A stretch of DNA of 64,000 nt, taken from positions 20,590,451 to 20,654,450 of the forward strand of contig OZ316894.1 of the NCBI GenBank assembly GCA_973895155.1. Direction: 5' to 3'. This DNA is from Marsupella aquatica. Lineage: Eukaryota; Plantae; Marchantiophyta. Of the stretch, positions 13,632 through 25,237 are shown piece after piece (position 1 is the stretch's first letter; every line of letters begins with the position of its first letter). A program made the position numbers and the translations under genes. Below the pieces are notes generated by a model. That model worked only from the letters and a program-made list of their open reading frames with translations. It was not told where the DNA came from and made no database searches.

Positions 13632-14666
13632 ATGAGTGATTTGGAGGAGTTTTTCGAAGACGTGGAACTTGAAGCACGAGGATCACCGCGGAGGTTTCAG
13701 TGGCAGAGAGAGGAGCAGGAGGAAGAGCACGTGACACCGATACCATCACCGGTGCGGCGTGTGGTGGAGGAAGCAGTACTACTACCGGAGCTCACGGTAA
13801 AGAAGAAGATGGGGACTTTCAAGCTTGGGGGACCCAAGTATGAAGTGACAAAGTATGATGGGCGCTCTGACTACTTGCTATGGGAGAAGCAGGTGAAGGG
13901 AGTGCTTTATGCGTCAGGGATGGGCCAACTGCTGAGCCCTCGTGAAGACGATGTTGATGAGAAACAATGGGACCGCATGCAGGAGCAGGGAGTGTGGTGT
14001 GTTACACTCTATCTCATGCCTCCCATCATCAAGCAGTTGGGTGCACATAAGGATTGCATGTCCTTGTTTGCGGAATTGCAGAGCAAGTATCACCGCAAGG
14101 AGTTGTCGAACCGGCTCTACACTTCCTACAAACTGATGAGTTTCAGGATGAAGGAATCTAGTACGAAGTTGCAAGACCATGTGGATGCTTTCAACGACAT
14201 GGTCGTTGACTTGGAAAACCTTGGGGAGACTTTGAATGATGAGACGAAGGCTCTGCAGCTTCTTAGTTCATTGCCTCCATCTTACCAGTCCCTATCACGA
14301 GTGTTGTTGCATCGTGATAGGGATACCATTTCATACAATGACGTGGTAAGTTCTCTGCTTAGTGATGATCTTCAGCAGAAGATGCACATCACGTCACAGC
14401 CTTCATCATCTGGTGCTGCCCTCAATGTTAACCGTGGGAGGAGTATGCAGCGACCAACTGGGGACCGTAGAACCCAGTTTAGATCTAAATCCAGATCTAA
14501 GTCCAAGGGTAAATCCCCTCAGAGGAGGCAGGTGACATGTTGGAAGTGCAACCAAGTTGGACACTTCAAGCGAGACTGTAAGGGAAAGGCAGCGGAAACT
14601 TCATCGGCAAATGTGGCTAGGGCTGATGGAGAAGCTGATTTACTCAATGATGAGTATGTTTTATGA
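13632..14666 (+). CDS. gag: Copia Gag (UBN2-type gag plus CCHC zinc knuckle)
   Basis: KYDGRSDYLLWE, LLSSLPPSY, CWKCNQVGHFKRDC. Ends in a TGA that is in frame with pol. Confidence 0.93.
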   Translation: MSDLEEFFEDVELEARGSPRRFQWQREEQEEEHVTPIPSPVRRVVEEAVLLPELTVKKKMGTFKLGGPKYEVTKYDGRSDYLLWEKQVKGVLYASGMGQLLSPREDDVDEKQWDRMQEQGVWCVTLYLMPPIIKQLGAHKDCMSLFAELQSKYHRKELSNRLYTSYKLMSFRMKESSTKLQDHVDAFNDMVVDLENLGETLNDETKALQLLSSLPPSYQSLSRVLLHRDRDTISYNDVVSSLLSDDLQQKMHITSQPSSSGAALNVNRGRSMQRPTGDRRTQFRSKSRSKSKGKSPQRRQVTCWKCNQVGHFKRDCKGKAAETSSANVARADGEADLLNDEYVL

Positions 14667-17600
14667 AGTCGGGGGTATGCCCTGTGCACGTCATCTAGGA
14701 GAGCAGATGATGTGTGGATTCTTGATTGTGCTTGCTCTTTTCATATTTGTTACATTCGTGAGTTTTTCAGTTCTTACTCTGTTTCAAACGGTTCAGTTCT
14801 GATGGGAAATGATCACTCCTGTCAAATTGAGGGAATTGGGTCTGTGAAGATTCAAATGTTTGATGGCGCTGTGCGCACAGTGTCCGGAGTCAGGTATGTA
14901 CCTGGCATGCGTAAGAATCTGATTTCACTCGGTGTGTTGGATTCAAATGGTCATCAATGGAGCGTTATTGATGGTGAACTTCAAGTCAGGTCGGGAGAGA
15001 CAGTGATTTTGAAGGGGAGTAGACAAAAGAATTTATATGTGTTACAGGGCAATACTGTATGTGGAGAGGCCAATGTAACCAAGTCTCACGAGGAGATGAC
15101 TCAACTATGGCATTCACGGCTAGGCCACATGAGTGAGAAGGGTTTGGCTATCTTACGGAAGAATGGACTCATTTCTGATTTGCAATCTTGTAAATTAGAG
15201 TTTTGTGAGCATTGCATTCTTGGAAAGCAGCATCGTCGTGCTTTTGGTGTTGGAACTCATCGTTCCAAAGCGGTTCTTGAGTACATACATAGTGATGTGT
15301 GGGGTCCATCCCCGACTCCCTCACACTCTGGAAAGTTGTACTATGTATCATTTATTGATGATTACTCAAGATTTGTGTGGATTTATTTCATGACGCATAA
15401 GTCTGATGTCTTGTCCATTTTTAAGAAGTGGAAGGCCCAGGTGGAGAATCAGACTGGAAACACGATCAAGTGTTTGGATACTGGTGAAGAGTCTGAGGTC
15501 AGACAACGGCGGGGAGTACACTTCAATGGAATTTGAAGAGTACTGTTCAGAACAGGGGATAACTTGCCATCTCACCACAGTTTATACTCCGCAGTAGAAT
15601 GGTGTCGCTGAGAGGCTCAATCGGACACTGTTGGAGCGGTCACGGAGTATGTTGAGCCAATCAGGTTTACCACAAGAATTTTGGGCAGAAGCTGTCAATA
15701 CCGCAGCTTATTTGGTAAATCTTTCTCCTTCTAGTGCTATCAATTTCAAAACGCCGTTTGAGATGCGCTATAAGCGGCAAGCAGACTATCATGGCTTGGT
15801 AGTTTTTGGAAGTGATGCATATGCTCTCACACCAAAGCAGAATAGGACCAAGTTGGATCCTACCTCCAAGAAATGTATTTTTCTTGGGTACCAGAGTGGT
15901 GTGAAAGCCTATAGGCTATGGGATCCTATTGCCTGTAAGCTCGTTGTCAGTAGGGATGTTTCCTTCAATGAATCCAGATTATTGAAGGAGGGGGAGAATA
16001 CTCAGGTCTCCCGTACTGACAAAGGAAAATCTCCTATCCCGGATCTCGTTGAGGGGGAGATTGGTTATGAGGTGCATGACCGGAGAGAAGGAGTTGCTCC
16101 AATTATGGAGCTGGTTCCTGTGCCAAAGGAACCAGAGGAGTTTGTTGATGCTGGTGAGCAGCAAGTGGATGCTGTTGAGCTTCAAATTGTACCAGCACAC
16201 GCAGATCAACCGGAGTCATCGGCTAGAAGAACATCTGGTCGCACTGTACGCGCTCCACCAAGGTATGGACAGTGGGTTGATTCATCTCAACTGCAAGAGG
16301 ATGATTTTACAGCTGATGATGAGGGTGATGCGTTAATTTTGGAAGAAGGATAACCTTCTTCATTTCATGAGGCAAGTGCTTCAAAGGAGAAGCAGAAGTG
16401 GACTACAGCAATGCAAACGGAGATACAGTCACTAAAGGACAACAAAACTTGGGAGCTTGTTAAGCTGCCTAAGGGTCAGCAAGTGGTGGACAGCAAGTGG
16501 ATTTACAAGCTGAAGGATAATTCCATAGGAGGTGGATCGAAGGTCTACAAGGCTAGATTGGTAGCAAAGGGATTCACACAAGAGAAAGGTGTGGATTACA
16601 ATGAGGTCTTCTCACCAGTTGCTAAGTACTCTACAATACGACTATTGTGTGTACTTGTTGTAATGTTTGGTCTGCTCCTAGATCAGATGGATGTTGTCAC
16701 AGCTTTCCTCTATGGCACATTGGAAGAGGTGATCTTCATGAGACAACCGCTAGGTTTTGTGAAGAGAGGACAGGAGGAATTGGTTTGCAGATTGCTGAAA
16801 TCCTTGTATGGGTTGAAGCAGTCACCAAGACAGTGGAACAAGCGGTTTGACGATTGGATTCGGTCACAAGGTTTTCATAGAAGTGTATTTGACCCTTGTG
16901 TGTATTTGAAACCGGTGAAGAATGTTGTCTTTGGGTTCATTGTTTTAGTACTTTATGTGGATGACATGCTAATTGCAGCCAAGGATAAGTCTGAGATTGT
17001 TAAGCTCAAGGCACTACTTAGTGCAGAGTTTAAGATGAAGGACTTAGGGCCAGCTAAGAGGATTTTGGGTATGTAGATCACTAGGGACTTGGAGGCTGGC
17101 AAGCTATGGTTGACGTAGAGCAGTTATGCGAGGAAGGTAATTGCAAGGTTCAACATGGAGAATAGCAAGCCAGTAAGTACCCCGTTGGCTCCACACTTCA
17201 AGTTATCATCAGCGTTCTGTCCTACGGATGACACAGAGAAGGGGTTGATGTCAAAGGTTCCATATGACAAGGCAGTGGGGAGTCTCATGTATTTGATGAC
17301 TTGCACTAGACCTGATCTTGCCATGGCTATGGGCAAGGTGAGCAGGTACATGTCGAATCCAGGGAATGTACATTGGGAAGCAGTGAAGTGGATTATCAGG
17401 TACTTGAAGGGTACCGTGGATCATGGTCTTTTATTTGATGCGAATGCAAAGAATGCTAGATCATTGATTGGCTATGTAGATTCTGACTATGGACAAGATT
17501 TGGACCGAAGGAGATCAACAACAGGATACGTGTTCACACTTGGCGGTGGATGCATAAGTTGGAGGTCTACTTTGCAAAAGTGTATTGCTCAGTCTACTAC

Positions 17601-17937
17601 AGAAGCGGAGTATGTTGCAGCTGCGGAAGCAGCAAAGGAAGCGATTTGGTTGGATAGACTTATCACTGAAATGGGATTGCCACAGGGGAATGTGAAGCTC
17701 CATTGTGATAGTCAAAGTGCGCTCCACCTTGCTGTGAACCAGGTGATGGACAGCAGAGTGAAGCACATTGATGTTAGGTACCATTTTATCAGGCAGACTG
17801 TGTCTGATAATTTGTTTGAGCTAGTCAAGATTGATGGTAAACTCAACCCGGCTGACGCATTTACCAAAGTGATTCCTTTGGAGAGTTTCTCTAGACACCG
17901 TGACGTATTGCAGGTTTTGCAATTGCATCACAAGTAG
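14667..17937 (+). pseudogene. pol: Copia pol (PR-GAG-pre-integrase-INT-RT-RNase H), disrupted
   Basis: WILDCACSFH, WHSRLGH, IHSDVWGP, RSDNGGEY, YKARLVAKG, LYVDDMLI, SRVKHIDVRYH. Frameshift near 15483; stops at 15595, 16351, 17074 and 17116. Confidence 0.95.
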
Positions 17938-18116
17938 AGTTTTCTTAAACATTCATTGTAATTCTGATATATGTTCTTCCTCATTCCTATGTATTAGGCT
18001 ACGGCTTAGTTCTGGTTTGCTCTAGTTAGAGAGGGAAACCGGTTTGGTTTCTGTCCAGAACTTCCCGCTGAGGGATCATATACATTGGCAGTATTACTCT
18101 CCCCTAGACCAGAGTC

Positions 18117-18126
18117 AAGGGGAAGA
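18117..18126 (+). promoter_or_regulatory. Polypurine tract of copia copy 1
   Basis: aaggggaaga immediately before the 3' LTR. Confidence 0.85.
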
Positions 18127-18127
18127 T

Positions 18128-18566
18128 TGTTGGGTATTTACTCTTATGTCTAGGTTAGGTATGACGTGGTTGGTACAACAACGTGGGTTGGTACAACTAC
18201 GTGGTTAGGTACAACTACGTGATTAGGTACAACTATGTGGTTAGGTACAACTACGTGATTAGGTACAACTATGTGGTTAGGTACAACTATGTGGTTAGGT
18301 ACAACTAAGTTGCACACTATATCATAAGAGGCATGTGTGCTTGGAGAGGTAGAACCAAGGCTCATTGTTATGGAGCCACTTGAGAGATAGGGAGAGCTTA
18401 CACTGTGGAGACTCGGTATAGCCGACGGGCTTAGAGTTCAGTAAAGCTCTCTTGTGTGTTCCCGTGGACGTAGCCTCAAGGAGGTGAACCGCGTATCTCT
18501 TGTGTCGACTATTGTGCGTTGGATGGTTCATGGGCTTGCCGTTGCGATCGTCGTCTATGCTCAACA
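18128..18566 (+). repeat. 3' LTR of copia copy 1 (439 bp; 8 repeat cores)
   Basis: TG...CA, followed by TSD AGAAA. Confidence 0.97.
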
Positions 18567-20466
18567 AGAAATGGCCATGGTAGAGGAGGTGCGACAAGGA
18601 CTACATAAGCAAGTGAAATATTTTAATTTTGTCTGCAATCGAACTACTTCAGAAGAAGGAAAGGGTAGATTGGTGGCACTGATACAATACTGGAATCAAA
18701 TTATCCATACTTTGGAGACAGAGGCGGTGCAATATAGATCTGGAGAGGAACACTTGGTTCATGGATCTTGGCCCATGTCAAAATGGAGAGATAGTGATCC
18801 TTTGCAATACCGCAATGTGGCATGTGAGTTGGATGCAAAGATTGGGTATGTGGGACCAAGGAAAGACAAACCTCGTGGAAACTTTTAACCCAAGGGCAGA
18901 TATCATGAAAGACAATTATATCTTGGTTCGGCCAGACACAACTGACCTAGATATTTACCCAATTTATTTGGGCAAAGTGATTAGTAAGGAAGGAGAGTTG
19001 AATGCCAACAATCAACTTGAACATGTGTGTATTGTGGAGTGGTATAGACCTTACATGCTAAGAAAACGTGGTCAGCCAGAATATGAGCCACGACAGCGGT
19101 GGTTAGATTGTTGGAATCAACCATGGGAACGTGATCCAGGGTATTCCACTGAGACAATAAGTGTGAACACTGTACTATGGTGTTTCAAGGGACGGACCAC
19201 AGCCAAAAGTGGGTTAGTTAAAATAGCAAAAAGTCATGCAATGAAAGCAAGAGACAATTTGAATAGATGCTTAGAGGATGAGGCAGCATCAACTTCATGA
19301 CTTAGACAGTGTAGTTTTATTAGTAGAAGGATAAGTAATTGTAAATCATCATCATCACCTTGTTATTTGGTTGATTTGACATATTAAAAAGGGGAGAGCA
19401 ATTCTTCAATAAAATTCTTCTCTTCAACAATCACAAGAAAGCAACCTAGCATTGAATGATTTCCATATGTGGATGGTTATTCATGACTGGATCATGGATT
19501 ATGCATTTCGCTCTTACTAGTAAATTTGTGCACATTAATGTGATTGTACACCTTGTACCACTTTATTCATTATTGGACCATGGATTGTGCATCTTTCATT
19601 CTAAATTGTGAATATTACAATAATTCTAATTATGACATTGTGTACCAATATATATGGTTTTTTGGTACATGCAAGTGTTAACTTAGTAATAATGAATTTA
19701 TTTTGCTTAAATATGATTTAATTGTAATTTCAATCAATCCAAAATTTCACTAATTGTCCAGTTTTATCTAAATAGGGGTTACATGGTGAAACTCCCATCA
19801 AGATAACTTACCATATATCTTTTCTTTCGTGACTTCTTATTACTAATAGTTCTGACACCTTTTCTAATTTTTAAGTAACTAAAGTACACACATTGAAACT
19901 CCCCAATATAATGTTCAACAAAAAGCAACTCATCAAGTTGTTTCTCTCATTTTGCATTGGGTGGGTCCATTGTCCAATTGGTCAACATCTGGCCCTCGCC
20001 TCAACATATCTGCCTCTCCTCAACATCTTGTTCTTGCTCAACGTACATCTTTGCATCTCCTCAACATCTTGCCTTCCCCTTGACATCATGCCCTCACTCC
20101 AAATCTTGCCCTCACTGAAAATCTTGCCCTCATGCAATCCCCTCAACATCCTGCCCTTGATCACTCAACATCGTTCATGCAACGCATGGGCATGGGGCAG
20201 ATGCTTTACAAATTACAAAGTGGAAAATCACAAAGGGCATGAAGTATGCCTTCCGAGTGGGCTTGCCATGAGTTATGAGGGGACTGACTCCATACAACTC
20301 AACTCTGTCCTCATTGCCATCTGCAGGCCTCGTTGTGCAAGTGCCAAGACCCCATTATTTGGGTGCAGATTAACTTGTTGATCGTCCCCCTCATGACTCT
20401 CTGCTGCAAGGCAAACAAGTCTGACTCATTTTTCCGAGTGGAAAACATGTTAACTTTCATTGTTTA

Positions 20467-21660
20467 GGAAAACAAGGTATGTTGTGTTTCCAAGTAAAAA
20501 TGATGTTTCGGTCTGGTTGGTATTGCCCTGCAACAGATTTCAGCCGCACTTGCATGTTGCCCTGAAATTTTTGACAAAACTTTTGTTTGACAACCCTGGC
20601 AAGGGAGAGATACCGGGTTCACCCCACACCAATGGCACCTTGCCACATGGCAAAGGGAGGACCTAGTACTCCAATGAGGACAAAGGTTACTTAGTGAGGC
20701 CCTACTAATACATATAGAAAATGGAGTTCAGGTGAATACATAATTAATTTAGTTTGAGGAAGAGCTTAGTAAAAAGCTCTTTTAGCAACTGGCCTCTCCT
20801 ACAGAATAAAACTTTGAAAGTTCATCCAGTTTAGTCAATCGAGTTATCACTGCTTTCTCTTAAAGTTAATATGACTGTGGTCTACACTAAGCTTGAAATT
20901 GCCAAAGTCCATATCACCCGTGAAAGTTTTGGCGTACTCCATCTGTCAAGACTGTTTCCCGATGTTATCATTGCCTGTCTTCTAGACTCAGCTTGAAATT
21001 CTCAATGTCCGTATCTCACACAAACCCGTGAATCTCTCATTCTAGTCCAACGATCAATGCAGCTCCCCGAAGTCTTTACTCTCTTCTATAGACGTACAGT
21101 CAGCTCGAAATTCCCAAAGTCGTCTAAGCTAGAAAGCTGTACAGTATTCCGACGACGAAAGGAATCTTGGTCGACGCAAAACGAAGGACCGCATCGCTCT
21201 CCCACGACTGCATGGATAGATGGGCCTTACGAGATGTTGAGTTATTTCCATTCTACAAATATTTCTGTTAGTAGTCGGTTTCCTAGCTTGGTCGCTAAGA
21301 GTATAAATAAGGAACTTGAGCAAGTTGTGCTACACCGTGATTTTAGTGGACCCAGAATCGAGGAGAAAAAACACTGAAGCACGACACCGAAAATGTAGTG
21401 TAACCGATAACTGTCGAGCAGCTCAGTTGACTTCCGTCTCCAGAATCCAAACTACCGCAAGACCACCAACCGTCTTCTAGCTTCTTCTGTCACAACCACC
21501 CGAACAGCGCTTCACAGATTGATGTTGGCTCCACCGTTTGGATCTACGTGCATCTCAGAGCCACCAACTCTTCCTCCTCCTAATCCTCCAGTACAGTAGC
21601 TTCTCTCTGACTTTTGAAACCCAACCCAGCATCGTAGGACAGGATTGTTTTGGGGGGGCG
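20467..21660 (+). repeat. Diverged direct-repeat copy of 27225-28430, including the 3' end of the 686-aa ORF
   Basis: Shared blocks cccacacc(c)aatgg..ccttgccacatggc, aaaact.tgaaagttcatcca, tgaagcacgacaccgaaaatgtagtgtaac and ctcttcctcctcctaatcctccagtacagta. Confidence 0.85.
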
Positions 21661-22904
21661 AAAACTTTGCATTCCTTGAGGATGGTCTCCATGAATTAGG
21701 AGACCTCACAGAAAGCAAGGCTATGAGTAAGGAGGACATGCACACAAGTGATCAAGCTCAAGCCACACACAGTATTCAGAACCGTTCTGAGAAAAAACAG
21801 CATCACAGCTGAGTTGGTCGTTGTATTTCCAGGCAGCACACATGAGTCGCGCGAATCAGAAGCCTAGAAGAGCGATGGGCACCTTCTCCTCACACCAGCA
21901 CGATTTCTCACATACCTCGGACGCCGGGTGTGCTCCCATCGACAGTTCCCAAGGCATTTCACTATATATTAAGAATCATGAGGAACTGAAACTCCAAGCA
22001 CTCTCTACGAAGCAGCAGCATAGACAAGCACCTCATCGATCGCTGAAACCATAGAGGAGAAGCAATTCGACTCCCTGCCACCCGCCGAAGTTCTCTGTGG
22101 TAACGATCCCTGCGGATGGACGGACGGACACCAATTTTCTTCGGAACAGCCCTCACTTTGCTCGAGAAATTTGCATGAATTTCAATCACTGAACTGTCCG
22201 TGCAACGCACCAGCTTAAGTAAGGTACGTGTAGCCCAGTAATATATTTATGGATTCTCCGACGTGGAATTTCTGCATGTCTATATATAATGATCTCAGAT
22301 CTCTTTCTGTGTATTGAAGTCCATGCATGGTCGGAGAATTGCAGATCTTCTCTAATATTCCAGAATATGTTTGATAGTTCATGCGTCGAGATTCATTTCT
22401 TCCCACCAAGATTCTCAGACGAGAAGGAGTTGTCATTCTCTCCACAATTAACGTATCGCTTGAACGTTAACTACTTAATTATCCGCATGAGGGGAGAAGT
22501 CCAAATATCTAGCGTCCTTGAAGATCTTTGAGATCTCAGTCCTTCCAGCAAAGATCCTTTTTTCTTTCTCATTAGAGTGGCTTTTTACACATAGAAAGTA
22601 CCATTCCAGCTTAGATCTTTGAGATCTCATAATCTTTGAAGCAAACCATGTCCAAGATCTTGGAAATCTCATAGTCGTTCCAGCCAAGGAATTGTAGGAT
22701 CTTCAGAATTCAGATTTCACGGTCGTTCAGTCGAATTGTAAGATCTGCAAAGTTCAATCTAGTCTATCACTAAGCAAAAGTCGATGTCTTGCTGGGCTGC
22801 TGCAGGACACAGTAAACTACTGGCTTTCGCCTCCGTTGGATTGGTCTAGTTCGCTTCAGTGAACACAACCAGATAGCTCGATACATACACTAAGGATTGC
22901 GAAA

Positions 22905-23429
22905 ATGGGCCGACCAGCAGCAGCAGGGTTAGTGGTTATCCTCTTAGGCATTTGCTGTTTCACTTGTAGTGAAGCTGCTCGACCTGGACCTGGAACTGGA
23001 ATTTTCACTGCGATCAGCGATGGCAGTAGCATATCAGAAATGATTATGGTCCATCCCAGCTTGTTTCTGCAGAGGAAGATGTTAGAAGAAGATCAACCCG
23101 ACGACAAAGAGGAGAAGAAAGAGTGGAAACACGAGGAGAAAGAGGAGAAGGATGAGCCCGAAGAGGACGGCGAGGAAAATGGGGATGGCGAGGAAAATGG
23201 GGACGGCGAGGAAAATGGGGATGGCGAGGAGAAAGACGAGGAGAAAGAGGACAAGAAAGAGTGGAAGCACGAGGAGAAAGAGGAGAAGGAGGAGAAGAAA
23301 GAGTGGAAGCACGAGGAGAAAGAGGAGAAGAAAGAGGAGAAGAAAGAGTGGAAGCACGAGGAGAAAGAGGAGAAGAAAGAGTGGAAGCCCGAAGAGGACG
23401 GGAAGGAAAATGGGTACTCACAGCCATAG
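22905..23429 (+). CDS. Secreted Glu/Lys-rich repeat protein (signal peptide, RKML motif, KKEWKH repeats)
   Basis: ATG in AAAATGG context. Hydrophobic N-terminus ending SEA|ARP. 4x KKEWKH plus KKEWKP, and 3x GEENGD. Single exon. Confidence 0.75.
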   Translation: MGRPAAAGLVVILLGICCFTCSEAARPGPGTGIFTAISDGSSISEMIMVHPSLFLQRKMLEEDQPDDKEEKKEWKHEEKEEKDEPEEDGEENGDGEENGDGEENGDGEEKDEEKEDKKEWKHEEKEEKEEKKEWKHEEKEEKKEEKKEWKHEEKEEKKEWKPEEDGKENGYSQP

Positions 23430-23766
23430 ACAGAAGAGAAGAGAAGCAAGAGTGGAAGCCCCAGGAGAGTCATAGCCGTGGACAGAAGAGTTCCGTCCAA
23501 GTTCTAGAACATAAATAACATCACAATCTTTTTGAGTTGCACTGACAATCTTTTTGAGTTGAAATGTTTTTTTTAGTTGAAAGGGAAACACTACAACACA
23601 ATTTCCTTCTCTTTCTTTCAGGGATCCTCATACGTTGAGATATCTTGAACAAATGATTTTTGCTCAGTTGTCTATCAATAAGTTAGGGGACCTCATTTCT
23701 AATGACTATAATAAAGCTTATTAAAGGCCGTTGTGAGCCATAATGCCCTGGAAAACAAGGACACTA

Positions 23767-24456
23767 CCATCTTCCCCCAAACACAGGGCCCATACACTAT
23801 ATTTGAATAGTGGGTCATGGGCTTTACATTAGAATAGTGTCCCCAGGGTGTTGTGTTTGAGTTTCGACACCATGTTTTGGAATTATTTTATCCTGTGGCA
23901 TTGTGCTTGAATTTAAGCATTGTTATGAATTTGAATGTAAGTAGGAATGACGTACAGGCATAGAATTTAGGGTGTAAGCAGGAATGAAAGGGTGATGCTC
24001 CAGACCATTTCAGCTCTTGCCAAATTTGGTGAGACAAAATAGAATAATGGTTTAGGAAATCATTCTCTGATTTCTACTGTGTTTGCAAATGGATCATGTC
24101 ACTATTTGCAGAGTTGTCAAGTGCCTTCTCAATCAAGTATGTGTCACGGGCAATATTGCTCCATAAATTAATTGCTCCTAGCATTGTTGTCAAGATGTGA
24201 AGACTATCAACGGCCTTTTGTTAAATACTTTGCTTATGTTTTGATTGTAATTCATGAACTGTCTTGCTCGTTTTGTACATGCTCAATGTTGTCAAGATTA
24301 CGAAAAACTCAAACACAACCCTGACATTAAAATACAACGCCATATTCAAATACAACGTCCGCATTGTGTTTGAGTTAAAACAACTTTTTCTTACTGAGAC
24401 TAAAAAATTTCAACTTTCTAACACAACGCCCAGGCACTGTGTTCGGGGGAAGATGG
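23767..24456. mobile_element. MITE (Tc1/mariner-pogo-like, TA TSD)
   Basis: TA|CCATCTTCCCCCAAACACAG ... CTGTGTTCGGGGGAAGATGG|TA, with internal inverted blocks at ~23844-23864 / ~24305-24323. No coding capacity. Confidence 0.8.
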
Positions 24457-24694
24457 TAGTTTGAGTCTTGAGGGGCTATTGTTTAAGGGCACTATAGACC
24501 ATATGCCCTAAACAAGAGAGTATTAGACAGTGTGAGTTTTTAGGGAATATATGGTTCATAATGCTATGATAACCTCGCTGATAACAAGACATTAATTATA
24601 CATTTCACTTTTACTAGTAAAAGAAGACTACAATCTCCATAATTATGAGTGAATGCAAAACAATCTTGAATACTCTTGAATCCCGTCTTGAATA

Positions 24695-25215
24695 CTACCC
24701 GGGTATGCAACTCCCCTTTTTATAAGGCAAGTTTATAATTCCTTATAATGACGTTATATCCAATTCACCAAGATGATCACTCATGCAAGGAATCCAAAGA
24801 TGTATCGTAAAAAAAAAACCAAATCATATGGCTTTTATGATTGTTTAAATATTTGATAGTTTCATTATTTTAAATTCATTAAGCCATATGGTAATAAAGC
24901 CATATGATAATAAAGCCATATTAAAATAATTCATTCCAATTTTTTATTAAATTTTATTTAATCAAAACAAAATCATATGGGTTTTTTTAATTCTAAAAAT
25001 ATTTTAATAGAAAATACAACAAGTTAAATAGGAATATTTTTAATTTTATGTGGAAAAATAATTAAGAAAAATCAAACATTTGATATGACTTCAAACTTTT
25101 TAAAAGTGGAAAAACCCAAGTTTTTTGAAATTTTTGCTTTTCTTATAGCCAACTTTTTAGTCCATATAGAAATGTAGACCCATGCTTATTATACAAGAGT
25201 TGCGAACCCGGGGAA
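24695..25215. mobile_element. Degenerate AT-rich MITE-like element (TA flanks)
   Basis: TA|ctacccgggtatgcaactc ... gagttgcgaacccggggaa|TA imperfect TIRs. Confidence 0.5.
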
Positions 25216-25237
25216 TACTACGACTTATTTAACTAAT

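Larger units (their letters stand above)
12075..18566 (+). mobile_element. Full-length Ty1/copia LTR retrotransposon, copy 1 (defective)
   Basis: TG...CA LTRs, 5-bp TSD AGAAA (12070-12074 / 18567-18571), PBS, PPT and gag-PR-INT-RT-RH order. Confidence 0.98.
9030..19300 (+). pseudogene. Sola1/DUF7869-like DDE DNA transposase, pseudogenised and interrupted by copia copy 1
   Basis: Motifs CCxxxC, HDKMDHCKT, LQLDNCAGDNKNRY and GFLMVGHTHEDVDAMFG. Exon 1 is 9030-10961, with a stop at 10081-10083 and a frameshift near 10138. A GT-AG intron 10962-11510 splices in frame (G|CG). Exon 2 is 11511-12074 and resumes at 18572 in frame (LPMIE-MAMVEE). Frameshift near 18885, stop at 19300. Family name is from motif recall; TIRs not found. 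Confidence 0.75.

Noticed and set aside
19893-20400. 162-aa ORF and CCTCAACATC repeats
   Set aside because: Low-complexity sequence with a non-ATG start and no recognisable domain on either strand.
23044-23500. Overlapping poly-Leu, poly-Ser and poly-Arg ORFs
   Set aside because: Alternative-frame shadows of the purine-rich repeat gene.
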